Shown piece after piece: positions 48,622-59,074 of a stretch of DNA of 64,000 nt. Under the pieces are notes generated by a model that worked only from the letters and a program-made list of their open reading frames with translations, was not told the origin of the DNA and made no database searches. The position numbers were made by a program, and so were the translations under genes. Within the stretch, counting starts at the first letter, position 1; every line of letters begins with the position of its first letter. Source of the stretch: a plasmid; sequence record NZ_MK262712.1, one strand, 5' to 3'.

Positions 48622-49108
48622 TCTGATGTTCCTTGTAATAATTTTACTAACAGCTTGTCAGCACCCCCCAGGATGGCATAAAACGCTACCCGCGATTAAC
48701 TTTAGCCCTGTTAAAACAGTTGAAATGACAGGGAAGGTTACAGGGGAATATTCTGTTCGCGTAGTCAATGCAGGTATCGACGTATATATAATAATTGACA
48801 ATGGTTATAATGAGTTTATGACTGTAGATAAACTTTCCTTATACGGGAATCGTTGCGGATATGAGTCTCAGGGGGAGTTGCTCATTCCTCCCGCTGCAGT
48901 CAGTACATATATGGTTCCTAATGTAGCATTATTAGGTCTGTGCTATACAGATGATATAAAGTTGATTTTCATTAACAATACATTCAATGGTTTGTCCAAG
49001 GATAAGAAGGATACAACTGTCCCTATTGAAGTGATGATGCAGTTTAAGCTTACTTCTGCTAAAGAAAAAGAGGAATTTAATGATGTTATTTATAGCTCGT
49101 GGAATTAA
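48608..49108 (+). CDS. Lipoprotein (166 aa).
   Basis: Lipobox MLKNSLMFLVIILLTAC. Confidence 0.45.
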   Translation: MLKNSLMFLVIILLTACQHPPGWHKTLPAINFSPVKTVEMTGKVTGEYSVRVVNAGIDVYIIIDNGYNEFMTVDKLSLYGNRCGYESQGELLIPPAAVSTYMVPNVALLGLCYTDDIKLIFINNTFNGLSKDKKDTTVPIEVMMQFKLTSAKEKEEFNDVIYSSWN

Positions 49109-49496
49109 AAAAGTTTGCTTAGCTGGATTCGCTATTGTTCTGACAACAAGTGCATCATGGGCCTTTACCTATACGATTGACTCAAATCCCCAAGGAGCTG
49201 TAGTCATTAATGTGATCACAAAGGAAAGAATGGGTTTGACACCAATTAAAGTGGATATACCAGATACACAGGAAGGAAAAACATTTGGTATCCTTTACAA
49301 AGACTACCGAAATGTTGCCCTCATGATATACAAACCAGCACCAACCGCAGAGAGAGCTTTTACTAATAGTCCACCCGTTGTGGTCACTAGCGCTCTTCCT
49401 GGTGAATATCCCTTAAGTGTAAATATTGATGAAGTACGGGATAAAGTTGTTGTGGATTTGCGTCCAGTCATGTCACAACCTGTTACTTTACAATAA
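49080..49496 (+). CDS. Secreted hypothetical protein (138 aa).
   Basis: Signal peptide …VCLAGFAIVLTTSASWA. Confidence 0.4.
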   Translation: MMLFIARGIKKVCLAGFAIVLTTSASWAFTYTIDSNPQGAVVINVITKERMGLTPIKVDIPDTQEGKTFGILYKDYRNVALMIYKPAPTAERAFTNSPPVVVTSALPGEYPLSVNIDEVRDKVVVDLRPVMSQPVTLQ

Positions 49497-49519
49497 AAAA
49501 GGGGCTTATGCCCCTTTTC
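49495..49519. terminator. Bidirectional terminator between the convergent secreted-protein gene and traC.
   Basis: AAAAAGGGGC-TTAT-GCCCCTTTT. Confidence 0.6.
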
Positions 49520-49522
49520 TCT

Positions 49523-52240
49523 TTAAGCAACCTGCCTTGTTTTCATGCCTAACTGTACTAGCTCTTCTTCATAAACCCTGTCAATTGCTTCGGCATACGT
49601 ATATCCGTCATTAACAAGGTTCCATATTTTACGTCGGTCAGACGGGTCTGTAGTAAAACAAAGTTCCATTTTACGATCAACATAAAGACGGACGATTTGT
49701 TGCACGTTCTCAAAACGAATCATAATCTCTGAAAAAACATACTTTACAGTCCTGATCATCTTCATCCGTTCATATTCTGATGCTGATGCTGAAATATATT
49801 TATTTTTCTCCATTGAATCAATCGCCTCTGGGCTCTGCTTCATAATAAATTTCCATGGTGAGTTGTTGGCTATCGCTACACCGATTGGCGACTTGTAGAA
49901 GTCTTCGAAGCTCTGTGTAATACAGATCCCTGCACAGTTTGTTTTACGGAAACGACGCCATGCTGCTTCAAGGAATTTAGTAAAAAAGTTAACAGCAGCA
50001 TCATCACCATTACTTTCGCCGATATACTCCCAGGCCTCATCAAGTATAAACAAACGACGACGACCATCCTTTTTAATAAACATAGCATGCTGTGCTGCCT
50101 GGATTATCGACATTAACACAACCCACTGAAGATGTGGTGTAGGTTTGAGTTCTTCAAGTTCAAGTACAATGAAGCGGCTATTAAAATTAATGGGTGGCAA
50201 TGATGTTGTAAACCTCCTACCGTAAATGCCGCCTTCACACCAAGGTCCAAGTTGAATGCCTATATCTTTAATTTCTTGTTTCTCATGCTTCATGCATTTT
50301 TTAGCGAAGCCAGTAACTGAAGGAAGATATCCATCTTCAGGGCTATTTGATTCCTCAGCAATAAGACGAAGCATTACTGCTTCCTGTAAAGAACTAATGT
50401 TACCATTACTTGAAGCCATTAGTTTTAGTTGATTCAGAACCATGATTGTTTGAGCAATAATGTCTGATTCTTTACTTTCTTCGCCTGAATTTCCCGTTAA
50501 TCCCTCCAATGATTCATCTCCTGTATATTTTCTCACCAGGAAAGCGAAAGGGTTAAGAGAAAAGGTAGCGTCAACTCCAAAATCAATAAATTGAGAGTCC
50601 TCAAATTGCTCAGCAAGCCCTTGATATGAACGTCCGATATCAACAACAAACACCTGAGCACCATCTGGTGACGCATTAAATTTGCCATTCAGGTCCAGAG
50701 GCGGATCGTATTTATCTGCCGTAAGCAGATCTCTAATATCATCAAAATGATAAAGCGGATTTATATGCTCGCCAGAACAAAGATAGTTGAGAATAATGTT
50801 GTTTGCTGCAAATGATTTACCTGCCCCTGAGGTAGCCCCAACGCATACGTTGTAACTGGCTGAAGTTTCGAAAATATCAATCATAACCAACTGTCCCTCG
50901 CGGGTTACAAATGGAATGACTGGATTTGTGGAGTTTCCTTTCCACGGGCCAAAGATAGGAGCTAGGTGAGCCGCACCCGTATTAGTCATTACATCACCAC
51001 GATCCATATCTCTAAAAGTCGCCGGATCATTACATAAAGGTAAAGCCGACATGACACCTGAAAAACAAATATAACTATCATCAGCCACAACGATTTTTTT
51101 CTCGCTGTAATAGTTAATTAGACTTTTTGCAGCTATTTTCACTTTTTCCAGTGTATTATCCATGACGATAAATGTCATGTAAGTTTGTAGTAGTTTAGCT
51201 TTATCCTCCAACTCTCTAGTCAATGCCGAGTAATCCTTGTCCATATCGGCAAGGCGAGGAAGATATTTTAAAACAATAGGTATTTTTGACTGATTATCTG
51301 TTATCGCTTTATAACGAAGATACTCTTTCTGTATTTTCTTTTGATGTGGGAATTGTATACAGAAGTTGATAATAAAAGGAGAGAAAATGGTTTTGCTTCC
51401 AGTCATCCAGTCAACAACCAACTCGTAAACAGCACCAAAGTTGACATATTCAGGGAATTTTGTCATCGACAAATGCTTAAAATATCGTTGAGCTGTCTCA
51501 TCATCATCAGCAGACAATGACGCGAAATAATCCTCCCCCACCTCATATTTCCTTCCTGGAATGTTGACCTGATTATTTAATGGCATTAATGTACTAGCTT
51601 CAAGTCCACCATATTTCCATCTGGAGTCTTTTCCGGGGTTTAATATTTTATCAACACTGTACAACCATGTGTCAGCATTACCAACAATTGGTGACAAGGT
51701 TAAACCTTCTAGTTTAGATAGAAGGTCTTTAAAAAGGCCATCCAGTCGCATGGATTCGGATTCATTAGGAGAAAAACCTTTAATAGGTATCCTAACCGTT
51801 ACCCACAACTCGAAATTCCTAAGCTTCAAATCATCAGCTTGCGTGATCTTAATGCCATCAGCTTCTTTCAAAGGCTCATATTGACTTTTTGTCAGGTAAT
51901 CCAGTGAGTATACGGTAAGGAGATCCGCTTTTTCATTATCCCTACCTCCCATCCTGTTACCTCTGCGACGTAACCAACGGGACAATGATATGTTGACATC
52001 CGGTAAAGCAGCCAGTGTCATTTGCATAATGGACTCCGCAGGAAAATCCATTTTAAACAGATCCGTCAATAGGTTTTGTTGGTTATCATACAATCCAGGA
52101 GAAGGGTTGCAGACAAAAAAGAAACCTACCGCGTTATCTTCCAGCAAAAAATAAGGGGCATCCACCATTCTGTCGACCACGGGAATGAAGTGCCCTAAGT
52201 TATATCTTTCAAGTTCTTTTGCGAGACGTGAATTGTTCAT
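49523..52240 (-). CDS. traC: TraC/VirB4-family T4SS ATPase.
   Basis: 905 aa. Walker A GATSGAGKSF and Walker B …RRLFILDEAWEY…. The size and position are typical of F-like TraC. Confidence 0.85.
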   Translation of the reverse strand: MNNSRLAKELERYNLGHFIPVVDRMVDAPYFLLEDNAVGFFFVCNPSPGLYDNQQNLLTDLFKMDFPAESIMQMTLAALPDVNISLSRWLRRRGNRMGGRDNEKADLLTVYSLDYLTKSQYEPLKEADGIKITQADDLKLRNFELWVTVRIPIKGFSPNESESMRLDGLFKDLLSKLEGLTLSPIVGNADTWLYSVDKILNPGKDSRWKYGGLEASTLMPLNNQVNIPGRKYEVGEDYFASLSADDDETAQRYFKHLSMTKFPEYVNFGAVYELVVDWMTGSKTIFSPFIINFCIQFPHQKKIQKEYLRYKAITDNQSKIPIVLKYLPRLADMDKDYSALTRELEDKAKLLQTYMTFIVMDNTLEKVKIAAKSLINYYSEKKIVVADDSYICFSGVMSALPLCNDPATFRDMDRGDVMTNTGAAHLAPIFGPWKGNSTNPVIPFVTREGQLVMIDIFETSASYNVCVGATSGAGKSFAANNIILNYLCSGEHINPLYHFDDIRDLLTADKYDPPLDLNGKFNASPDGAQVFVVDIGRSYQGLAEQFEDSQFIDFGVDATFSLNPFAFLVRKYTGDESLEGLTGNSGEESKESDIIAQTIMVLNQLKLMASSNGNISSLQEAVMLRLIAEESNSPEDGYLPSVTGFAKKCMKHEKQEIKDIGIQLGPWCEGGIYGRRFTTSLPPINFNSRFIVLELEELKPTPHLQWVVLMSIIQAAQHAMFIKKDGRRRLFILDEAWEYIGESNGDDAAVNFFTKFLEAAWRRFRKTNCAGICITQSFEDFYKSPIGVAIANNSPWKFIMKQSPEAIDSMEKNKYISASASEYERMKMIRTVKYVFSEIMIRFENVQQIVRLYVDRKMELCFTTDPSDRRKIWNLVNDGYTYAEAIDRVYEEELVQLGMKTRQVA

Positions 52241-52284
52241 ACTGTTACCTTACATTCCGTGGAACACTATATTTATGCGTGTGG

Positions 52285-53022
52285 CTAGAAAGAACTACCG
52301 GTAACCCCATTCGCCGTTACGCCTTTAGTACTACGTTGCTGCTGCTGCATGTTGTCACGAGCGCGTTCCTGAATTTCCAGTGGGACAATTCGCGCCGGAT
52401 TTTTTAATGCTGAATCACCTGCCACCCACGTTTGAGGCTTAACATTGACATATACATAGCCAGGGAGGTTCAAAGCGTCGTTATCGTCTGTGTAAGGCGC
52501 GATAAGCACACGCATAACTTTGCCTTGTCTTAACACAGCCAGCGGCTCAGGAGCGATAACAGCTTGTCTCGTACCCTGTACCTGATACTGACGCTCTTGA
52601 TATGAACTCAGCGTTGGGTTTACCGGCTTGCCATCAAATTCTGAATACAGTCCCTTTCCTGCTGGTACGCGCTGCTGCGACACATAACTCGCTGTTGTCA
52701 GCGGCTTCACCGGCTTAGAAGTTCCGGTGAACAAGGGTTTAGGGCCAGCACTTACTACCGGTTTCTTTGGGTACTGCACGCCCGGTGGCGGAGTCAACGA
52801 CGTTGGATATTTGCTATCTGCAATATCCTGCTTTCCCTCATCACCTTCCTTTTTTAAATATTTGAGATCGTCATGATTGTTAGTTGCTTCCATAATTGCC
52901 CGTGGCCCCATACACAGCACACCTTTTTCAATACCTGGGCAGCTGCTCTCAGATTGACCTATGCACCCTGATAAAGAAGACACCGCAGCAACAGACATGA
53001 GAAATTTCGTGATGTTGTTCAT
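52285..53022 (-). CDS. traV: TraV-like outer-membrane lipoprotein.
   Basis: Lipobox LSGC with a Pro-rich mature region. It is positioned just before traC, as in F/H-like operons. Confidence 0.5.
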   Translation of the reverse strand: MNNITKFLMSVAAVSSLSGCIGQSESSCPGIEKGVLCMGPRAIMEATNNHDDLKYLKKEGDEGKQDIADSKYPTSLTPPPGVQYPKKPVVSAGPKPLFTGTSKPVKPLTTASYVSQQRVPAGKGLYSEFDGKPVNPTLSSYQERQYQVQGTRQAVIAPEPLAVLRQGKVMRVLIAPYTDDNDALNLPGYVYVNVKPQTWVAGDSALKNPARIVPLEIQERARDNMQQQQRSTKGVTANGVTGSSF

Positions 53023-53031
53023 TTATATACC

Positions 53032-53889
53032 TTATTTGTTAAAGGGATTTTTAAGCAAAGGTTGTAAATTCAGTTTTAACCAGTTTTTATAATCAGTCGG
53101 TAATCCATTGCCCAACACTCCATCTTCACGAACTACAGATGGGATGCCTTGAACGTTATAAATGGATGCCAGGTATAGACCTGTAACAATAGGTTCTACT
53201 GAACAATCTTTCAGATTTTCATGAGGAATAAGCCGGTTGTTTATATCTTCTGATTTTCCTAATAACGACTGAAGAATATCATAATTGGTAATTTTACCAG
53301 CTTTAACAGAGCACCACATTTGTTTTACCCGTTTAGCTGATTCGCCAGGGCTGGGTAAAATAACAATATCAAAGCGAACAAGTTCCCTTTCTTCATTCAT
53401 CTTTTTCAGAAAGTCAATACAATCTTGACAATCAAGAGAAATGAATATAACTGCCTGTCGTTTGAGGGACGGATTCCCGAACTGGATAGTAAAGGCATCC
53501 TCAGGTTTGAACGGTGCTTCGTTCAATGGTAAAAAGTAACTTTCTCGGATATCTGATATCGATTGAACTTGTTTTTTCCTGAGAACATCATAAACTTTAC
53601 CTTCTGAAAAAGAGTAGCGACCCGTTGTGGTAACTAGGGTGAGGCCACTTCGCTGATCCTCAAATAAAAAAATCCCACCCGTCGGTAAGTAGACAGCATC
53701 CTTTGGCTGGTAAGGACTAAGCTTGCTAACTAATCCCCTTGACGACTGATTTAAAGCGAGACCATTTTCAGCAGCAGCGCGTGTTAACGCCGCAGCTTCT
53801 GCATCATACTTATCAGCTGCAGCAGAATGAGTTGAATTGAGTAGTGCTATACACACGAGCAACTTGATAAGTAACTTTCTCATAATCAC
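53032..53889 (-). CDS. trbB: Periplasmic thiol:disulfide interchange protein of the DsbC/TrbB type.
   Basis: Signal peptide and a thioredoxin CxxC motif (SLDCQDCIDF). Confidence 0.6.
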   Translation of the reverse strand: MIMRKLLIKLLVCIALLNSTHSAAADKYDAEAAALTRAAAENGLALNQSSRGLVSKLSPYQPKDAVYLPTGGIFLFEDQRSGLTLVTTTGRYSFSEGKVYDVLRKKQVQSISDIRESYFLPLNEAPFKPEDAFTIQFGNPSLKRQAVIFISLDCQDCIDFLKKMNEERELVRFDIVILPSPGESAKRVKQMWCSVKAGKITNYDILQSLLGKSEDINNRLIPHENLKDCSVEPIVTGLYLASIYNVQGIPSVVREDGVLGNGLPTDYKNWLKLNLQPLLKNPFNK

Positions 53890-54350
53890 TGTTTACCCTC
53901 AAAATATTTAGGGTCTATACCATATTCAGTCAGTTCGCTTTCTACTTCTGATTCATCTATGTAAGCTACTTCATTTACTGTTGATGGTCGTGTAATGACA
54001 TAATTCATATCGAGCACCAGGAAATCACGTGCCCGGTAAAGTGCCATCAACTTGCGAATATAAGGGAGATAACCTTCACCTTTTCCATTGTGTGCTTTTA
54101 AATACTGTTCATTTAAAGCAGAAGGGTTAAGAACGGCAATTTTTACGCTCTTATGAAACAGTCCTACTCCTTCATTCATTCTCTTCCCAATATACACTGA
54201 AATACATACCAGGATAGCGACGACAATGATGATTTTAACAGCCTTTTCGACTAAAGAATAAGACAGTGAGAATGTCAGGCTTTTCTGTTCGCTTGACACT
54301 TTTTCAAAATCAGCGTCATGTTGGTCTTCATCTTTAACTGGTTGAGTCAT
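53886..54350 (-). CDS. Small bitopic membrane protein (154 aa).
   Basis: Single TM segment IIIVVAILVCISVYIG. Confidence 0.35.
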   Translation of the reverse strand: MTQPVKDEDQHDADFEKVSSEQKSLTFSLSYSLVEKAVKIIIVVAILVCISVYIGKRMNEGVGLFHKSVKIAVLNPSALNEQYLKAHNGKGEGYLPYIRKLMALYRARDFLVLDMNYVITRPSTVNEVAYIDESEVESELTEYGIDPKYFEGKQ

Positions 54351-54352
54351 GT

Positions 54353-55723
54353 TTATTTCGCCGATAAATTGGTTGGGATGGATGCACCACTAAGAACGAC
54401 AAAAGTCGCATTAATACCCGGAGAAAGCTCTACAACTGGCCACTGCTGATCAATCATGTGGGTATACCAGTCTGTCAGCTTGTTTAATCCTCCTGAGACC
54501 ATACCGCTTGCACCCACAGCGCCAAGAGCACCAATATTAGGTCCCTGGTATTGTGCTTGTGAGTTAGGGTCGATATTCAACTGGCTAACTTTGCTTGGGC
54601 TCAGTCCCTGCGCCAGCGCACTAAGTCCACCTGCAAAAGCACTACCCATAATTGCGTTACCGTTTCTGGAGATAAGCGTACCTTTGATACCGGCTTTACC
54701 ATCGATTTCACTAACAGCGTATGCCTCCAATTTGATATCAAAGCTTTTGCCTTTAGAATTAACACAGCTCAGACTAGTTGTGCGGATATAGACTCGTTCA
54801 GAAGCCATATCTCCACGAGCAGTACCTAAGAGGTTGCAGTCACGTAGATCCATTCTGTAGTTATTGGGTAAAAACACATCGCGTTTAACCCTGAACGTTA
54901 CTCCCAAAGGTTCTTCTTGAGACGACAATGAGGTCGGCGCTTCAACACCTGTCACCAGAACTGCATACAGTTGAGACGTAGCAGGCAAATACTGGTCTTC
55001 AGCACGCTTTGAGTGGCGAGCATTGCTATCAACCGGCTTAGTACCATCTCCTGCGATAGCAGCTCCAGGTCCAGCTTTAACGACCCGCTTTTGATTCGCG
55101 TTAGTAATGTTCTTTTCAACAATTGGTGTGACTTCAAGAACACCGTTATTGGCCGTGGTAATGCTGTTGCTGGTTATAGTGCGTACCAACTGAGTGCGTT
55201 GAGGCGCAATCCCTCCTGCAACTGGTATTTCCTGATTGCGATTCCCTTCTGCATTACGGTTTAGCTGATAGGCTGGATTTTGCTGCTGATTTTCATAGAC
55301 CGGCTGGCCTACGCGGTTATCAAGACTACGATTGCTCGCAGGTCCCTTTCCATTCTGCATATCAGAGATCTGTTGGTTCAGTTGCTTAATTTGGATTTTA
55401 AGTTCAGTCAGCTCACTGGAATTTTCGGCCTTATATTTTTCCATTTGCTTTACCTGATCCAACATGTTTTGTTGATCTTTACGGTTTTCCTGCTGAACTG
55501 TTTGCAAAAACCTTTTCTGACCTTCTTCATCCATATTGACGATGGAAGAAGTGTCAAGCAAGTTAGTCACAGGCTTAATTTTTTTAGCTTTCTTGCTCGA
55601 ATCATCTCCGCCCATAAGCGTGATGGTTACCATCACAAGAGCCGCTAATGCTAGGACAAGCAAAAAAGCAATTCGAATTGCTTTATTTTCTTCCCACAAT
55701 TCCTTCAGCTTCAAAGTTTTCAT
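54353..55723 (-). CDS. traB: TraB (VirB10-like) T4SS core protein.
   Basis: N-terminal TM segment, a coiled/Gln-rich region, and a C-terminal VirB10-like beta domain (…SRNGNAIMGSAFAGGLS…). Confidence 0.65.
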   Translation of the reverse strand: MKTLKLKELWEENKAIRIAFLLVLALAALVMVTITLMGGDDSSKKAKKIKPVTNLLDTSSIVNMDEEGQKRFLQTVQQENRKDQQNMLDQVKQMEKYKAENSSELTELKIQIKQLNQQISDMQNGKGPASNRSLDNRVGQPVYENQQQNPAYQLNRNAEGNRNQEIPVAGGIAPQRTQLVRTITSNSITTANNGVLEVTPIVEKNITNANQKRVVKAGPGAAIAGDGTKPVDSNARHSKRAEDQYLPATSQLYAVLVTGVEAPTSLSSQEEPLGVTFRVKRDVFLPNNYRMDLRDCNLLGTARGDMASERVYIRTTSLSCVNSKGKSFDIKLEAYAVSEIDGKAGIKGTLISRNGNAIMGSAFAGGLSALAQGLSPSKVSQLNIDPNSQAQYQGPNIGALGAVGASGMVSGGLNKLTDWYTHMIDQQWPVVELSPGINATFVVLSGASIPTNLSAK

Positions 55724-56201
55724 TATATTGACCTTTATTACTTGGTGGTAAATATCTCTTTACCCTCAATGACCTGACCTTTTCATCTATCTGCGGTACA
55801 GAGTAAGGAGGCTCAGCCCGTAAATTTTTGAAAACGTTATTTTCGAGTTGCTCATAGAACTGACTATCACTATCCAGTTCAATGTGAGGCAACTCTATTG
55901 CCTGTTCATTGGTTTTCTGATCAAGTGTGGTGATGCTTTTTTCATCAAAACTTTCATCCGGTTTTGAATCAAAGCTACCCTTTCGAGTGAAATCCTTATC
56001 AGATAGCAATTTGTCAGAGTCATATACCTTAAAATCATCAAAGCCAGGGGGCGCTGATTCTTGCACTGTATATTCCGATGGCACAATTTGAACTATCGCG
56101 GTGCGTTCCTTTGCTAAATTCCCTATAAAAAACCCCATCCCTAGACCGACACTGAACAAAATGCCCCAAGTGAAAATTGAAAAGTTACTTTTTTTTGTCA
56201 T
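55683..56201 (-). CDS. Membrane-anchored hypothetical T4SS-associated protein (172 aa) lying between traK and traB.
   Basis: N-terminal TM segment. Palindrome copy at 56181, at its start codon region. Confidence 0.35.
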   Translation of the reverse strand: MTKKSNFSIFTWGILFSVGLGMGFFIGNLAKERTAIVQIVPSEYTVQESAPPGFDDFKVYDSDKLLSDKDFTRKGSFDSKPDESFDEKSITTLDQKTNEQAIELPHIELDSDSQFYEQLENNVFKNLRAEPPYSVPQIDEKVRSLRVKRYLPPSNKGQYNENFEAEGIVGRK

Positions 56202-57367
56202 TCATTAATCAGACTTGGTCGTTTAGTTACACGTGACTCCCGTTCCTGGTAAAGCTTGTCACGAAGGATATACAGCTCAGTTTTTTCACCCGGTTGTAAG
56301 AATGCTTTATCAAAGATTGCTGTAGCAATCACACCTGGTGTTATGCATTTTTGGTCATCAACAACCGATGGATATGTCAGTGTGTTTTGCACAAGAATGA
56401 CATCAACCAGTTCACGAGCCCCAATAAGACGTTGCCCAAGTTTTGCGTAAAAATTAAACCGGCAAGGGGATTTTTCGTTATTAGGTATAACCGAAAGTTT
56501 ATCTAGTTGGAGTGCAAAACCGGTAGGTACCTCACCGTTAGCAACGGGATAAAGAATATCTATTATCCTTTGTTTGCGGTCATCCTGAGCAATAGCTTTT
56601 TCGTCAAGCTCACCCGATTGCGCTTTTTCAAGAAGTTCTTTATTTGTGTTTTCAGCGATATGGCGATCACGTTCAATGGCCATGTTTCGCGTTAACTGTG
56701 TTTGAACACGAATCATAGCTCCCGGTACATCGATGGGGATCAATGTCAGGTTATATGTTGATTCAGGAACCCCTTCTTCGGACAACATGATACCTATAGG
56801 CGCATCTTTTACAGTTGTTATAAAGACACTGCCACCTTCTACATAGATGGTTGTATCTTCTGACGGTGCAGTTGTAGAAACGCTTACGTTCTTAAAAGTC
56901 GTCTGGATACGGTTTTGTAAACCTAATGAAACAGGGAGAACAATGTTTCCACCCGGCGGCACCGTGACGTTTTGCATTGGCTGATACCGTTTTTTTGCTT
57001 CGTTTACCGCTTTCTGCCCAGGCCCCTCAGAAGGGGTATTGTTCAACAGGGAATCGGTCATTGACCGAACCGCTGGTGAAGAAGCACTCGCTGGTGAAAG
57101 TCCGGGGGCAGCAGGTAGTGCAGTTGTCGGGCGGTTCGAATTAACAGGCGGCTGATTGCTGTCAATTGGTGGTTGATTAACAGCCACTGTCCCCGGAACT
57201 TGTTTAACTGCATTAGTTACAATATTCATAGCTTCGGCGGAATCTGGTGGTTCATCGAAAGCTTGTGTATTCACTGCCGACGCCGGAATACTGAACGGTT
57301 CATCTGCATGAACAAATGGAGCCAGCACGTTTAATGTGATTAGTATACCTAAGAGTTTTCTTTTCAT
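56198..57367 (-). CDS. traK: TraK (VirB9-like) periplasmic/outer-membrane T4SS core protein.
   Basis: Signal peptide. The position (after traE, before traB) and size are consistent. No strong motif. Confidence 0.5.
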   Translation of the reverse strand: MKRKLLGILITLNVLAPFVHADEPFSIPASAVNTQAFDEPPDSAEAMNIVTNAVKQVPGTVAVNQPPIDSNQPPVNSNRPTTALPAAPGLSPASASSPAVRSMTDSLLNNTPSEGPGQKAVNEAKKRYQPMQNVTVPPGGNIVLPVSLGLQNRIQTTFKNVSVSTTAPSEDTTIYVEGGSVFITTVKDAPIGIMLSEEGVPESTYNLTLIPIDVPGAMIRVQTQLTRNMAIERDRHIAENTNKELLEKAQSGELDEKAIAQDDRKQRIIDILYPVANGEVPTGFALQLDKLSVIPNNEKSPCRFNFYAKLGQRLIGARELVDVILVQNTLTYPSVVDDQKCITPGVIATAIFDKAFLQPGEKTELYILRDKLYQERESRVTKRPSLINE

Positions 57368-57368
57368 A

Positions 57369-58229
57369 TTATTGAGCTTCTGCTTCGTTCAGTTGCTTGT
57401 TCATATCGGTATTTTCAGTGAACTCTTTTTCCAATACCTTCCCGTTAACTGTGACTTTTTTGATATTAGGGGTCCCTGAATACTGGTTCAGATACAGTAT
57501 TCGAGGTCGCCCACTTTTCACACTCAAAACCATCTCGTAAGTCCAACGCTCAGTTTGTTCCTTATCAGAGACGTTTAGGAATTTAGTTTTGCGAGTACCC
57601 CATACATAAAGAACATTATCACTGGGTAAAAAGTTGACGTCCTCTGCAACAAATGTTTGATCAACCTTTCTTGCAAGCATTAAATCCGAGGCTTTTTTGA
57701 GTTCTGCTTCTAACTCGCTCTGTTTAGATGCCGGAAACATCTTAAGAATATAACTGGTAACGAAAGTAACATTTTTAGGGTTAATGTTCCCCAATGTGGT
57801 TGCTATAAATAGCCCCCATTGCGTCTTATATGACTCACTTGCCTTACTTCCGGCTACGGAAACTTCCTCAGTCATATCCGGAGGGATGGCAATGACCTCA
57901 GTTGTGGAAAAAAAGACCACTTTAATTACCAAAAGGCCAGCAATCACCGTCAATAATCCATTGTTTAAGATTAATTTTTTGTCACGCTGAATTAACTGAC
58001 TGTAGGTAAGTTCAGCACCCGTTTTCTTCCCTTTTTTAGGAGGCTCGAGTTCTTTTGACAAATTCAGGATGGACTTATGACGCTGAATTTTATCATTGCT
58101 GTAACTTTCAGTTTTTTCATACTGGACGTCGTCAGCCTCATCATCCTTTGATTTATCAACTGTCTTCTTCTTCGGTACAAACCTGAAGAAGTTCATGACG
58201 TTTTCTAAAAGTGACTTTTTCTCGTTCAT
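57369..58229 (-). CDS. traE: TraE (VirB8-like) bitopic inner-membrane T4SS protein.
   Basis: A single TM segment after a charged N-terminus. Gene order is pilin-traL-traE-traK-traB. Confidence 0.5.
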   Translation of the reverse strand: MNEKKSLLENVMNFFRFVPKKKTVDKSKDDEADDVQYEKTESYSNDKIQRHKSILNLSKELEPPKKGKKTGAELTYSQLIQRDKKLILNNGLLTVIAGLLVIKVVFFSTTEVIAIPPDMTEEVSVAGSKASESYKTQWGLFIATTLGNINPKNVTFVTSYILKMFPASKQSELEAELKKASDLMLARKVDQTFVAEDVNFLPSDNVLYVWGTRKTKFLNVSDKEQTERWTYEMVLSVKSGRPRILYLNQYSGTPNIKKVTVNGKVLEKEFTENTDMNKQLNEAEAQ

Positions 58230-58247
58230 AACTTCTCCGGGGTTAAT

Positions 58248-58550
58248 TTAGCTGTACAGCACTCTCATAAAGGGATCAGAGAAATATCGACTCTGGTAAA
58301 CAGTTCTTCCAGGAAGAAAACCATTCCACCAAAGTTTATGTTTCAATCTCCCCCGTACAGAGCTTTCCTTAGCTTTGTTGTATGAGACCCAGTAAACAAC
58401 TGCGGTTACTGTGGCTATCGTCATGCATTCAAAAATGTTCCCGAATGCCAAGAGTCCCATAACAACACCAATCTGCTTTGCATCAAAAAAGAGAATCAGC
58501 AAAGGTAAATTAATCCGGTACGGAAAGCGGTATGTGTAGTTATTTTCCAT
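58248..58550 (-). CDS. traL: TraL (VirB3-like) small membrane protein.
   Basis: 100 aa with a YRFP motif and two hydrophobic helices. Confidence 0.55.
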   Translation of the reverse strand: MENNYTYRFPYRINLPLLILFFDAKQIGVVMGLLAFGNIFECMTIATVTAVVYWVSYNKAKESSVRGRLKHKLWWNGFLPGRTVYQSRYFSDPFMRVLYS

Positions 58551-58651
58551 TCAGTTACCACCAGTAGTCATCATGCTCTCTATTGTACAGGTAATAAAAA
58601 GGGGACTTTCGTCCCCAAATTGTTGTTTTGCTCGTTTAGCAAAAATTTTTT

Positions 58652-59074
58652 TTAAAGCACAACACCCGCATCAAGGAATCCGGTGATGATTTTTTCGCCG
58701 TTAGCCAAAATCATCATCATAAGGAATGAAACGAGTGCCAAACCCGGGTTCGGACGGCCGATGGAGAAGTAGAATGCAGAGATCAGCATACATGCGGCCA
58801 GGGCCTTCCCGGGCGCGCCACTTAAAGCTTCTGAAAGTTGGGTCCAAATTTCACCCAAGGCTCCGTCATCCCCGCCCGCCAAAGCAATAGATGAGAACAA
58901 CGCAGCGCACAACAGCGCAATAAATACCTGGAACATTTTATTGCTAAGCATATTACGCAGGCTTTCAGCCAGAGTGTAGTTAGCAGTAGTGCCGCTCATA
59001 GCCATTGATTTCTGGATCATTGTGAAACTCCTGAATGCGAATATTGTATATGTGTTCTGGTGACTAACCAGCAA
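58652..59074 (-). CDS. traA: F-type propilin (TraA/TrhA-like). An alternative start is at 59020 (MIQKS…).
   Basis: A long leader, then two hydrophobic helices (…VFIALLCAALFSSIALAGG…, …LALVSFLMMMILANG…). It is the first gene of the T4SS operon. Confidence 0.55.
   Translation of the reverse strand: MLVSHQNTYTIFAFRSFTMIQKSMAMSGTTANYTLAESLRNMLSNKMFQVFIALLCAALFSSIALAGGDDGALGEIWTQLSEALSGAPGKALAACMLISAFYFSIGRPNPGLALVSFLMMMILANGEKIITGFLDAGVVL

Noticed and set aside
10376-59074. An IncI-type thin-pilus (pil) operon with a shufflon and Rci recombinase. I considered this because of the tyrosine recombinase and a pilin-led minus-strand operon.
   Set aside because: The operon proteins are F/H-like T4SS components. 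TraU has motifs ICWSCIFP, LNPEAVIFANPIA and LHRQGM. TraC (VirB4) has Walker motifs. There are also a Cys-rich TraN, a VirB10-like TraB and an S26 TraF peptidase. There are no PilQ, PilN or PilV-type proteins and no shufflon repeats, and the recombinase is 20+ kb away from the operon.
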